Assembly (NCBI GenBank): GCA_035084275.1
Contig: CM068742.1
Location: 122,016,001 to 122,080,000, forward strand
DNA from: Hydrolagus colliei
Taxonomy: Eukaryota
Direction of reading: 5' to 3'
DNA length: 64,000 nucleotides
This document shows positions 13,011-25,521 of the stretch, one piece after another; position 1 is the first letter of the stretch; the number at the start of each line of letters is the position of its first letter. A program made the translations under genes and the position numbers. The notes under the pieces were generated by a model. That model was not told the origin of the DNA. It did no database searches and saw nothing but the letters and a program-made list of their open reading frames with translations.

Positions 13011-14304
13011 GTAACAGTGCAGGAGTAAACACTAACATGTATTTCAAGGATCAAGGATTTTTTGGGGGTTAGTTAAGTGTTTGACACAAGCGACAAATCC
13101 ATTACCACATAAGCCACATGGAAATTCACATGTCTGACATGGAGATTTCCAATATGTGAAATGGAATGTGCCTTCTCTAATAGAAGAGATACACCCTACT
13201 TACATAATCCCAGAAAATGTTAAGCACACGTTGGCAATAAGACAAGGATAGAGGCCCCCTAAGGTGTGTGTTGGGGTACCTGCTGGAGTTTAATCAGCTA
13301 ACACCATCTAGAAGCAATCTCACTGCTTGTCCAGCTAGATCCACATTACCAATTAGAACTTTCATTTACAGGTTAACAGGAGACCGAGTGGGAAGAATTC
13401 CAGCCCCCAGTGATTGTATTGCCTTCCTAAGTTAATGACCTAGGCTGGCTGGATTGTCACCAGCAGTGCCTTGTAATACTGTAGACCTGCCTGGCTCAGG
13501 AGCTGTTCTGTCGAGACCGCCACAGAGGAATGACTTCCTTTTGCCGTTGAGTTGCCAAGCATTGGCTGCATCCTTTGAAGCACTTTGGAACATCCTCCCC
13601 ATGTGAAAGGTCCAATACAAAATACAAAGATTAGGGTGTTATTATTATTAACCTTAATTGATTGACATACACTTGATTACATTTATTAAGGAAACTCTCT
13701 GTGGATCCAATATAGTTGCATTTTTCTCTCAGCATTGCCCACTGGGGTTGTTTCTGCAACCAGTCAAGCAACATGCTGTGAGCCTAAACTGTTCTCGCTC
13801 ATTACAGTCATCTTGTAAAATGTGCTTCACACACCACCACACGAACGATCCCTCACAATCTCTCCCTGCTGATTAAATATACCATTCATTCATTCCTCAT
13901 CTTAAATGAGCACCGTCAGATCTAAGGATCTATTGCATGACTTCTATTGCATGAGGGTTATTGCTTTACAAAAGTGAGGTGTGATAACTTTTACCATAGA
14001 AATTCCTTTGTGTAAATTCAATCTCCAATCAATTTATGCAGAATGTGATTTGCATAACCTACATGGCTTCTATCAGTGGCCAAACCTTTAGTCACTACAT
14101 CCCTCAACTCACTTGCTCTATCCCTCTACCCCTCCCACTCCCACAAGCCTACCGGCCCAGCCATTCCTTTCGCTCAGTGAACTAGTATGCCTGCTTCATA
14201 AATAATAATCCTTTCATTTAATATAATCCTTTTCATGTACCTGAATTGTCCGATCTGCCCCACCAGAAAGTTGTCTCTCATCCAGGACTTGATGTCCTAC
14301 AAAC

Positions 14305-14750
14305 AGTCTGTAAGGACATCAGTTTTCCTTGAATCGAGGGTGGAGGCAGAGAGTTAGAGTTGGGTGTCATCCGTGTACATATGGAAGTTGACCCCATGTC
14401 AGCAGATGATTTCACCAAGAGGGAGCATGTAGATTTTGAAGACGACAATCCTCAGGAACATTGCACGAGATTGTGTGGGAGCTGAAAGAGAAACCGTTGG
14501 CGGAGACTAATTGGAAAGGGTGTGACAGATAAAAGTTGACCCATTTAAGGACAGAACCTTGACTGTTGAAGTGAGAGGAGATGTGGTGGAGGAAGATGGA
14601 GTGGTACATGGTATTGAAGTCAGCAGAAAGGTCGAAGAGAATAAGGAGGCAGAGGGAGCCCTGATCACAGATGGACAGGATGTCATTTGTGACCTTGACT
14701 AGCGCAGTTTCTGTGCTGCTTACAGCATGGAAACCTAATTGTCGGGGCTT
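14305..14750 (-). mobile_element. L2 LINE RT-domain fragment
   Basis: Clear similarity to 39090-39500 of the long L2 (gggtgtcatccg..tacat = MYxDDTQ; aggatgtcatttgtgaccttgac). Confidence 0.8.
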
Positions 14751-15281
14751 GTGATCAGAATTTTCAAATATGTATTAATGTAGAGAGTACATTAGAGAGT
14801 CTATATTAATTGGGACAAAGTACAAAAACGGTGCAAATGTCAGATCTGTGTCTGTGTGTGAGTGTGTGTGTGTGTGGGGGGGGGGGGGTTTCTTTGTTTC
14901 TGTGCATCTGTCTCTGTGTGTTTATGGAGGTGTCTCTATCTCCATGTCCATGAGTGCTTGTATTTCCTCCTTTCTAACCCTGCATTTACCTGGATCAGAT
15001 ATCCCTCCCTGGGGCTGCTCACAGGTATCTCAAACCTGCTGAGAGGTGCACAACTAAAACCAAATTGCTGACATTGCAGTCTGACTTTGTAGAGTTCTCA
15101 AGAGAATGAACGGATGTGCTGACAGTCAATGTGTGGTTACATGCCTTTCTGCTGCGATTAACAACTGTAACCAGTTAGTATAAAACTGATCATTCACTCC
15201 ATATTTGCATGTGGGACACTGATGTTCACCTATTGGCTGCTGTGGTTTATGGAAACACACACAGTCACACCACTTTACAGT

Positions 15282-15585
15282 TTATTCTGTGAAGCGCTTT
15301 GAGATACTAATAATAATAATACTTTCATTTGATATAGCTCTTCTAGGCGTCTCAAATAACTTCACAGATAATATAAAGTGAATTGACTCTATATTTGTGG
15401 GCGAAATGTGGCAGCCAATTGCGCACAGTATCCCACAAACAGTCATGGATTGAAATGACCAATTTATTGTATTTTTTTGAGGGATTATTATTAGGCGTGT
15501 GGAGTAAGGAAACTTGCCCAAAGTTTTGCCCGGCTTGGAATTGAACCAGGGTCACTCGCTTGTAAGGCGAGTGCTCTAATCATGG
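15282..15585 (-). mobile_element. tRNA/Deu SINE
   Basis: Same body and head consensus as 6722-7038. Confidence 0.8.
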
Positions 15586-16229
15586 CTCTAATTCTGGTTG
15601 GGGTGGATGTAAAGGGACCCTGGTGTTGCTATTTGAAAGAAATGTGGTTCTTCCAGTGAACCTGTTTGATGTTTCCCTCCTAATCCAGATTAATCCCCTT
15701 GAAAAAAAAATCTTTTTTTTAAAAAAAGAGACACTCCGGTCTCAGTTAAGAAACAAGTTGATGGGTGTAATACGAAGGCCGCACAGAAGGAAAGATACAC
15801 GGGTGCTGGGAGGAAGAGATCAAAAGGGTCTTTTTCATCTGAACGCTGGTTGTGTTATTGTGGTGGCGTGTTCTGATTCTCTCACTGCGTTTCTGATCAG
15901 CCACGCGCCAGTCAGTCAGCGCTGACCAAAGGCGCTCCGAGGCGCTGTCCGGCGTGGAGGGCGCTACATAAATCAAAGTTGTTGTCGTTGTTGTTGTTGT
16001 TGTTGTTGACCACTGACTTGCCTCCAGTACAGATATTCGCCCAAGTATCAGCTGACACCTTCCAACACACTGTACTACATAATCCCCCCATCCCAATCCC
16101 AGGCAACCCAGCCCAAAACACAACACTTCAGGCAGGGGTGGGGGGGGGGGGGGGGCTGCCCTTCCCTCCACTGTCTGTGTGTCTATGTGTGTGTCTATGT
16201 GTGTGTCTATATGTGTGTGTGTCTGTGCC

Positions 16230-16650
16230 TACGCAATAACACGTCAGCTCTCTTCAGAAAGGCATTAAGAAGCTTTTGGTCACATCCCCCTCAAACACGG
16301 CAAGGAATTGTCAGGTGTTTTTGCCAAGTGGGCGAATGCCATTCGCGTTGCCCGTCTCTCCCGTCACCACAGGGTGTTGGAGGCGGTGGTGACTGACATC
16401 GTCTGCGCGGCTGCGGGTTCCGGTTTTCTGATCACGTTGCGGTATATAAGGACGAGGCTCCAGCCGAGCCGGGAAGTGTCGCTGCGAGTCATCGAAACCG
16501 AGCAGGAACCCGCCCGAGGAAGATCGCCTCCCTCCCCTCCTCTCCTCTCCCCTCCGCCCGCCCGCCCGCACAGCCCGCTGCCCGCACAGCCCGCACAGCC
16601 CGGCCGCTCATCTCTCTCCTCGTCGCTCCGGGTGCCCAGCCAGCCTAGCC
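16230..16650 (+). promoter_or_regulatory. EREG: EREG promoter and 5'UTR within a CpG island
   Basis: TATATAA at 16443-16449; CRE half-site ACGTCA at 16241-16246; ETS-like TTCCGG/GGAAGT; high CpG density relative to the rest of the window; good Kozak gccATG at 16651. Confidence 0.75.
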
Positions 16651-16702
16651 ATGAGCGGCTCCAGGTGTGTGAAGGTTTGCAGCGCCTTCCTCGTCACTGT
16701 AG
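16651..16702 (+). CDS. EREG: Epiregulin exon 1 (start of signal peptide)
   Basis: MSGSRCVKVCSAFLVTV followed by a phase-1 donor G|gtgagt; downstream of the TATA box. Confidence 0.85.
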
Positions 16703-17199
16703 GTGAGTTCACGGAGAGAGGATCTCACTCTCAGCCCGGGATCACATGTAAAGCTACAGTATAAAGTACTGTATGTGCGTTTTAATTTTTTTTATAAATA
16801 AAATTAAATGACTTTCTGGTATAATTAAGACAGGGCGGGGGGGGGGCGGGGGGGGAGGTCCTGGTCATAGGCAGATTTATTGGAAGCACAGGGTGTTGCC
16901 TGCACAGTGAGAGAGAGTTTGAGGGAGGATTTATTCAGATGTATTAACGTTGGTGTGAACAGTTTTCCTGGAAGAAGGTGAGGCTGACACTGCGCCACAG
17001 CGCCTGGTGTCTGGGGGAGAGCTCCCGACCACAGGTCTGTGCATTCCTTCGGTTCAGATGTGGGAACGTGGACACGTTTCCCTGCTCAGATATATGCACC
17101 GTGTTGTCTGTCTCCCGTGTGAGGGCAGTTTCTCCCCGGTGTCCTGGCCAACATGAAACCATCCCTCCAGGACCAGTGACTGAGCTAAGCTGACAGTAG

Positions 17200-17940
17200 G
17201 GCTCTGCACTGATGGGTGTATGACATTGGTATTCCGGGAGCGAGAGATCAGATAGACCAAATTGACTTCCTTACGTGTCCCGAAGATGCCCAAGAACGTG
17301 ACGCACAATCCGCCAGCTCTAGTTATGTGTTTCGTCACGTCAAGACTCGACTGTGGAAACTCTCTCCTCGTCTGCCTTCCTGGCTCTGCCCTTCCCAAGC
17401 TGCAGATCATAGAATCAAAGGATTTTACAGCACAAAAGGAGGCCATTTGGCGCATCGAGTCTGTGCCGGCTCTTTGACAAGGGCTATTCAAAGTCAATCC
17501 CACTCCCTCTCCGCAACCCCCGTATACCCGTCCTCCCCAAATCATCCAGAACTCTGCAGCTCGTGTCCTTTCTCACACCAAGCTCCACGACCACATCACT
17601 CCCATCCTCGCCCGGCTCCATTGGCTCCCCAATCCCCCAGAGGATCGAATTCAAGATCCTAATTCTCACTTTCAAGGCCATTCATGACCTTGCTCCCTCT
17701 TATCTCTCTCTGACCTGCTGTCCCCAATGAATCTGCCCGGCCCCTCCGTTCAGTGGGCTCTGGTCTGGTACCTTTCAGGCTCTCTGCCCCCACACTCTGG
17801 AACTCCATCCCACAGCCCTTCATCGCACTTCCTCCCTTGCCTCCTTCAAGGCCGGTCACAAGACATTCCTCTTTGATCGTGCCTTCTTCCGCCATTCCAA
17901 CTCTCCCCCTCCCCCTTGCTTGGGTCCCGACCTAACTGGT
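17200..17940 (+). mobile_element. L2 3' fragment with a nested antisense CR1 3'-tail (~17411-17540)
   Basis: L2 remnants (FVTSRLDC, LSAPTLWNSIPQ). The nested CR1 tail is flanked by ATCAT at 17406-17410 and 17541-17545. Confidence 0.8.
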
Positions 17941-20487
17941 CGGGACCCAAGAGAGTGGGAGAAGAGTGGCCGAAAGCTCACCCACCAATAGTGAAGCAAC
18001 TCGGACATAGAACATGAAGATGTTTGCTGAGTGGAGGGAGTGGTTGGGGCACTAGGTCACAGGAAGGTGCAGCGATAAGTGGGGCAAAGGAGTGGAGTGG
18101 TTTGAAAGTGTGAACAAGGTTCTTGATTTGCTTCTACTGGGGGACAGAGAGCCAGGGGTTCTGAGCAAGAATGTGGATGAGGGATTTGTCAAGCTGCAGA
18201 GCTCTAAATACTCATATTCATCACTAATAATACATTTCTAAAATTAAAATGTGACAAAGTTTTCAATTCTCTTTCATGTGGTTAGTTAATCATCAACATA
18301 AAGATTGCTATCTGTCTTTAATGGGTGGCATCACGGGCTGAACCTGAGTCATATTTACACATTAGCTGGTTACTGAACTACATTATTTGGAGAATCGGTT
18401 CCCAGCTGTAGTTCTAATGTAACGCAGCTGAGGACTGAGATTAAATACAATCTTATTATCATTTATAGACAAATGATTAAACTGGAGTGATGAGACAGCC
18501 CCTCCCACTAAGCACCTGTAAAGCACTTTACAGATGTCTTGAAGTTATAGGCAACATAAAATATAAGGTTTCTAATTTACAGTACTTTGATTTATTTTAA
18601 TACTTTTACAAAAATATTGTAAATTTAGCAATCAATTCTGTTTTGTACCATTGGATTTTACGTATCTTCATGCCTGGTTGCATGTCCCAGATAATTACCG
18701 TACCGTTGTCTACCTAGAAACACCGTACATAATGCTGTCATTGCTACTGTTGGAATCTCTATCCTATGTTCATTCTGAATCAAATAATTTTGATTCAGAA
18801 TGGACTATCTGTCTAATTATCTGATCAGGAACAAAGTCTAAACAAAATGTAGCACAACATGTTTTTCTCTTGCCCTGAGATTCTACTGTGCTACGATTTG
18901 GATCTTTGCAGTTTAAAACTCTGCCCTGCTTTTCAAAAGTCAGGATCCACCTTGTACACAAGTGATCACTTGTCATTTGGGTTTCTATGTGGACACCATG
19001 AGTGATGTGAAAGCTATTGGAATGAGGTATGGGAGTGAGTGGCAGTCAGGAGTGGGAAGATATGACTTCTGCCAAAGAAACCTGGTTAAAACCATTGGTT
19101 CGCAACTAGGTTCAATATCTCACAGCAATGTGTTTTTCTTGATTGCACAATTTAGAGGAAAGTGTCTGTTGCACTAAATATTGGGGAAAGTGACCTATAA
19201 AATCTGTGTATTTATTTGTCATGCCTTTTTGTATATTCTGATGCAACACACACACAGCAAAATGAGCCTGAATAGGAACAGTATGAGAGAGAAGCTTCCT
19301 AGGTTAGAATCTCCTGCTGATTGTACAGTAACAAGGAAGAAAAGTGATGGCTTTATTGAGTGTGGAGACCGATTCAGTTTCTCCTTTTATTTCCAACCCC
19401 ATGCACAAAACAATCTGTTCAAGAATGCAGCCAACTATTTTTATCCCCTTAAGGACTATTTCTCTGAAGTTGTGCACTGATTCCATAGGTTCAGAAAGAG
19501 GTGAGTCAATCAAGCAAGATGTACGTTTTGTTTCTCTCCTAATTTTCACCCCTTGATCCTCCTCTCCTGAAACTGTTTCCTAATCCTTTCTTAAGCAAAA
19601 TGTTACATGTGAGGGCACATTTCAATGGGTTGTTGGAGCTCCTCGAGAACTATTGGTTATTCCATAAGAGCGAGCTGGTCTGTGGCGATTTAAATTATGG
19701 TAAACCACCATGACTGAATTTGTCTCCCATCCTTAACTTTCACCCATGCAAAGCACTTTCAGTAGGCATCAATGGACAGTGATCACAAGTGGGAAGTTTG
19801 CCTGATTATTTTCTGTTCTCTTGAGTGGGGAAAAACAACAACAAAATTATATTTGTACAGTGTCTTTCACATTGGGAGCATGTCAGACCAATCAATTGAT
19901 GTACCCTTACTGCCTTGCTGATTTGGCTAACTTAGCAGAGAGCAGAGCCTAAACATGGGGCCTTCCTTGCAAAACTAATTTCATTCTTAAATATTGGAGA
20001 TGTGCAAATAAAATTCACAGACCTTCACATCTCTGTGTGTTTACAGTTCACTGTACTCCACATTCTACTACAGTACTGCATATAACACAAGAAGACACTG
20101 TTAAATGTTCATGTATGAAAGCAATTCAATGACTGGTTAGTCAATCACTTTTACTTTCAACCCAATGGTTTTATCTCAGGTGAATTTACAAACACAAACT
20201 TTATGATCAGTAGATCAATATGTTTCTGTTTTGTAATTCCTGTTATTCTCTTATGAATTTATTAATTTTACCCATTAAAAAATTCCATCCATATCAACCA
20301 CACTTTCTTTGTCTTTGTTTATAAAGTCTCAATCTTTCCTGAGGAGTCCTGTAACTCCATCAGTGGTTGGAGAACTCACCTCGCAAGCGGGAGACCTGGG
20401 TTAAATTCCCACCTGGGCAAACGTTGGGCAAATTACTCCACATGCCTGATAATAATCCCTCAAGAAAAAAAACTGGTCACTTCAATC

Positions 20488-21138
20488 ACGTTGCTGATAC
20501 ATAGGGAATATACAGTATATCCATTTAACGTTGTGACATTCGCTATTATGTCATTCGTCAGCGGGTGGAAACAAACTACAGTACAGTACTGTACTAGGCT
20601 GCCGTCGGTATTCACGTTACCATTTTAAATTTGTGCGTGGGTGCGATATTGGTAATATTTTATCGTGATTTATTTATGCAATCCTCTAAAACATGAGGTC
20701 AAAATTGCCCAGGAAATGAAAGTTGTGAGTCTGGTAATAAAAACAAACAAACAAACAAGAAAACTATTATTCTCTAAATGAAATTAGATGTTTTAACCTG
20801 TTTTGATGCTGGAGAACAACAACAAAACTACACTTGTATAGCACCTTTCACGTCAGGACGATGTCCCAAGGAGCTGGACAGTCACTGTTTCAGACAGAAA
20901 GGGCAGTTGATATAAGTCGAGAGCTCCACCACTCGCCCCTCCACCCCAACCCACCTTTATAAGCAACCTCCACAACCATCTCAGGGAGTGTTATGAAATT
21001 TTTATGAAAAATGTCCAAGAGAACCTAACTCCAGTTTATACATTAATTCTTATGGGAAAAATGGGTTTGCTTAACACCGTTTTGCTTAAAGTCGCACTTT
21101 TCAAGAACACAACTACGAAGTTAAGTGAGGACTAATTG
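20488..21138. mobile_element. Second Tigger-like MITE copy; left end lost, L2 tail nested at ~20815-20890
   Basis: Shares acgttgctgatac...gggaa and cttatgggaaaa...cttaaagtc...gttaag blocks with 5572-5932; right TIR followed by TA. Confidence 0.65.
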
Positions 21139-22526
21139 TATAAATGTGAATCATTTTTAGTGGTGCAAATATGATGGACTCCTATGTCTGAAACATCAAT
21201 ACAGGTGCTTCTACATTCCACTTTTACAGAGAGAATAGTTAATCATTAATCATTAATTGAGAGAGTTCCAAAAGTTTTGGGGTGTAGTGGCCGAAAGCAA
21301 AATGGTCGATTGTGAAACAGAGGGAATATATTAGGATATATTAAGGGAAAGCTAGACATATATATAGTAGGATAAGTGGAGTGGCTGGAGATTCGTAGGG
21401 AGTATAAACAGTGGCATGGAATGGCAAGGATGAATGGCTGTTTCTGTATAAGTAAATCTATGTAAAATTTCGAGGGATAAAATCGTCAAATTTAAAAACA
21501 GAAAAATATTGGTCATGCCTTTTCCATTATCTGACGGATGTTGGTGAACTTTTTTTTTAGCTATATAATCTATGTGACACCCTACTTTTCTTTGTACATC
21601 CTTCTTTGGATTTTGATTCAATGCACATTATTTTTATTTGGATAGGTTAACACAGTGAAACAAATTGTTAGGCTCTGAGTATTATTATTTCAAGATGCTA
21701 GAATGAGATATGACAGTCAATCCCATGCACCTCTAACCCAGTGTTTTGAGAACATCTATTAAACATGTATTGTCTCTGGGAGGGTGTTCCTGTAAGCCGA
21801 TAAATGTACCTTTAACATAATTAACTTGCAAACCAAAGGAATCTTGGCTATCAGAATACTTTGCAGGCTGATTACATAATGAATTAATTAGAATTAATTA
21901 GAATTATAGAAATTTACAGTGTAGAAGGTCATTCGGCCCATCAAGTCTACACTTGCTCTCAGAACAAGCTATTCATTCAATCCTCCTGCCCTGCCTTATC
22001 CCCATACCTCTTCAAACTTCTATATTTTACACATCTGTCTGCTTCCTTCTTGAAATCTTCCATGGTATTCCACATTCCAACAACTATATAATTCTCGAGT
22101 TAAATTGCTTTATGTTTCTATGGAATCCAATTTATGTGAACTAGGATATTGCAAATGCCAGTACTGAAGGCAGGTTAAGTGCATGCTCTCAACCACCATG
22201 CCCTGAATTTCTGGAAATTCTTGCCTCAATCCCTTCACCTTGTTCCTCTTTGCCTATCGTCCATTCACACCTGAAGACTTTCCTCTTCAACCGTGCCTTT
22301 GATCACCTCTCCTCATGGCTTGGCATCAAACCACATTGCTGTTAACCTCTCTGATATGCTACCCACATGAAGGGCGCTTTCAACACAAGTTGCTGTTGTT
22401 GTTCAAACAGTAGTGCAGTATTGGACATTTACATCAGGACTTGGATGAGCAGCAAAGCTGGGCTGTGATGTTGGTCAAAACATTTTATTGTGTGCAAGCA
22501 GGTTACTAAACATATCACACAACGTA

Positions 22527-22824
22527 GACCTCTTATGAAATAGATAGCTCCATAAGATAGTTTAATAGATGTTCACAAAATAAAACTTCACAGTAGCTTT
22601 ACAGTCCACATCAGCAAGATAGTGATCTGAAGTGAAACTGTCTAGTTTTATGGAGGTGGTGGGGATGCTGTGGGGGACCTCTTATGAAATGGATAGCTCC
22701 ATCAGACAGTTTAATAGATGTTCACAAAATAAAACTTCACAGTAGTTTTACAGTCCACATCAGCAAGATAGTGATCTGAAGTGAAACTGTCTAGTTTTAT
22801 GGGGGTGGTAGGGATGCTGTGGGG
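22527..22824. repeat. 149-bp tandem duplication (2 copies)
   Basis: Copy 1 at 22527-22675 and copy 2 at 22676-22824, about 6 substitutions apart. Confidence 0.95.
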
Positions 22825-23477
22825 GAGAGTCAATTACTGCCATTCTTTGCTGATACGTAATGCTTTCAGCTTACTTTCTTTTTTTAAAAAAAAGTTTCCT
22901 TTTAGGAATGTACAGCCGCACCCAAGCTAACTATTCGCAAACATTTTATTGAGTTGAAAAACGTGCTTCAACAAAGAGAGGAGATGACACAGGGCTGAAC
23001 CAAACAAGGGTTGGTTAGGGCCATGTAATGACACAATAGTATACATAAGCAGACTTGGCAGGGAGTTATTTTGGATGACAAAATAAAAGGGATTGAATAG
23101 GTTTTAGGTATTGCTAAATACCTAAAACCTGAAAATGAGTGACACGAATGATGAAATTATGCCAATTGGCCAATATTTGATTATCACTCTGGCACATGTC
23201 AACAAGCAATTTTCGATTTAGACACAAATCACTGTCCTTAAGAATCTGCAAAGCAAAAGTTTGGGCCTCAAAACGTTATTGGTGAATATTTACCTCATTA
23301 ACAACCATAACAGCTGTCACTTCCCTCCCCTTTCTCTCTTGTGTTCTGCAATGCTATCCTATGTGAAGGACACAACAGTATACAAACTGCAGGGTGTTAG
23401 TTGTGTGTATGTGTGTGCATTTGTGTGTGGGTGCGTGTGTATAAAGTTTGAAAGGTATATAAGTGGGATCTAACTTG

Positions 23478-23823
23478 TGGAGTCCAGTAGCTCAATTGTT
23501 AGAACACTTGCCTTGCAAGCGAGAAACCTAGATTTGATTCCCTGCAGGGCAAAACCTCGGGCAAGTTTCCTCAATCCACATGTCTAATAAAATGCCTCAA
23601 GAAAAACCCCAATAATAAATTGGTGATTTCAGCTGTGTGACAACAGTAATTTGGTGACTCAATCCACGACTGTTTGTGGGACACTGCTTTGCACAATTGG
23701 CTGCCATGTTTTGGCCACAAAAATACAGTCAATTCACGTTACAGTATATTCTGTGAAGTGCTTTGAGACGTCTAGAAGACGTGAAAAGCACTGTATCAAA
23801 TGCAAGGATTATTTTATTATTAT
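23478..23823 (+). mobile_element. tRNA/Deu SINE, full length with a small internal insertion
   Basis: gtggagtccagtagctcaattgttagaacac head through the ...atcaaatgcaaggattatt tail. Confidence 0.85.
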
Positions 23824-24934
23824 TGATGTAAAGTTTAATAGAGGGCAGTTTGGTGGAAACATTCAGACAAAGTTAAACTTTTTTTTGGATCAGCCGGGTA
23901 TCTAACACTTAACAAGTTGGCAAGAGTTAAGCGTTGAAGACACCAGAGTGTACTTTGAGGTACTGTTGGACCTGTGCTCACAGTCAAGACTCATGTATGA
24001 AGAATGCCAACTTGGGCAAAGTTCCTTAAGGGGGAATGGTAGAAATGCAATCATAATTAATTTTGGTAAGTCTGGCCTTATGTGATGTGTGCCACATAAG
24101 ATTGAAATTCTGGGCAGCAGGAAACCTGGGCACATTTTATCTCTTCAAATATGTAGAGGAGCAAACTACGCCCATTTCCAAATATTCAGCATGCTTAGCA
24201 TTGTGGAATGCTTTCTGTGGCATTTGCTGAACTTTGACGAACCTAATTCCTTAAAATTGCCCTTTAATATCTTCACAAGCTTTTCTGTGGGTTCTGTAAT
24301 TGCTTGTGAATGGCAATGGCAATACATTTGTGAGTCTGTGCAAGCTAGAACATTTGTCCTTCTTGTGAATAACTAGCTGAACTGTATTTCAAAATTATGT
24401 GGTTTACTGGAAATGTCTGCCCGCTGCTTAGTGGCAACCCCGAAGGCCTGAGTAATCCTTGTGTGGTGTCTGACAGGATAAATTGGACTCTAATTTATCT
24501 GTGACACAATCTGATAAACATTAACAAAACCGCAAAATACTGCAGATGCTAGAAATCTGAAACAAAAACAGAAAGTGCTGGCAGCACTTAGCAGGTCAGG
24601 CAGCATCTATGAAGAAAGGAAAAGTGAATCAACGTGTCATGTCCACGACCCTTCGTCAGAACTCAAGTTAAATGTCCCACAAATAGTCGTGGATTGGGTG
24701 ACCAAATTATTATTTTCTTATTATTATCCCTAGAAAAGTGATCCACCAATCAACTAACAACCAGTTTCCTACTTACTGCTAGGTAAAGAGTTATGTGGAT
24801 AAAGGAAACTTGCCCAATATTTCACCCTGCCATGAATTGAAACCAAGCATCTGGCATGCGAGGCGATAGCTCTAATCACTGAGCTAAACTGGACAAGACA
24901 AGGATTTAGTTGTATACCATATTTAAAATAGTTT

Positions 24935-25200
24935 CTAAAAGAAGCAGAGGGGAGGTGAAGATAATTTTTTTTTACGCAGAGAGTTGTTTGAATCTGGAAT
25001 GCATTGCCTGAAAGGATGGTGGAGGCCACTTCGATAACAACTTTTAAAAGAGAGGTAGATGGTTAGTTGGGAAGGACGGCTTTGCAGGGTTATGGGGAGA
25101 GAGCCGGGGAATAGGACTGACTTTGAATAGATCTTTTCAAAGAGCCGGCACAGACACAATGGCCTCCTTTTGTGCTGTAAAATTTCATGATTCTATGATA
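24935..25200 (+). mobile_element. CR1-clade LINE 3' end
   Basis: FFTQRVV.IWNALPERMVEA-like remnant, 3'UTR caaagagccggcacagacac, and tail (atgattct)n. Related copies at 54575-54870(+), 49825-50050(-) and 62100-62240(+). Confidence 0.85.
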
Positions 25201-25443
25201 TGATCTTCAATCGTCTTCAAAGCTTCATTCTTTTCCCTCATGAAACTGTCCACAATGTCTGCCTCAGTAGTCAAACTATTCCAGATATAAAGTTATCAAA
25301 ACTGCTTGCACTTTTGCTGATTCATCTTGTGTTACCCAGTTTGTTTCTTTAATAAACAGGTCTATCACATTTCACAAGAGAAAAAGTCCTACATATAATT
25401 TATGATTAACATTTGTTACAACGTTTGTCCTTTCTATTCACAG

Positions 25444-25521
25444 AACTTTGCCTGTTTTATAGTGGCGAAAGTACAACTATATCCCCACGATGTGCCCCAG
25501 GACACGAATGCAACAGTTTGG
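25444..25521 (+). CDS. EREG: Epiregulin exon 2
   Basis: tttctattcacag|...G|gtaaat, 78 nt, phase 1-1. Reads (E)LCLFYSGESTTISPRCAPGHECNSL; compare human STTVIPSCIPGESSDNC. Confidence 0.85.

Noticed and set aside
16308-16706. 132-aa ORF over the EREG promoter
   Set aside because: Non-ATG start upstream of the TATA box; a GC-rich CpG-island artefact in a different frame from the EREG ATG.
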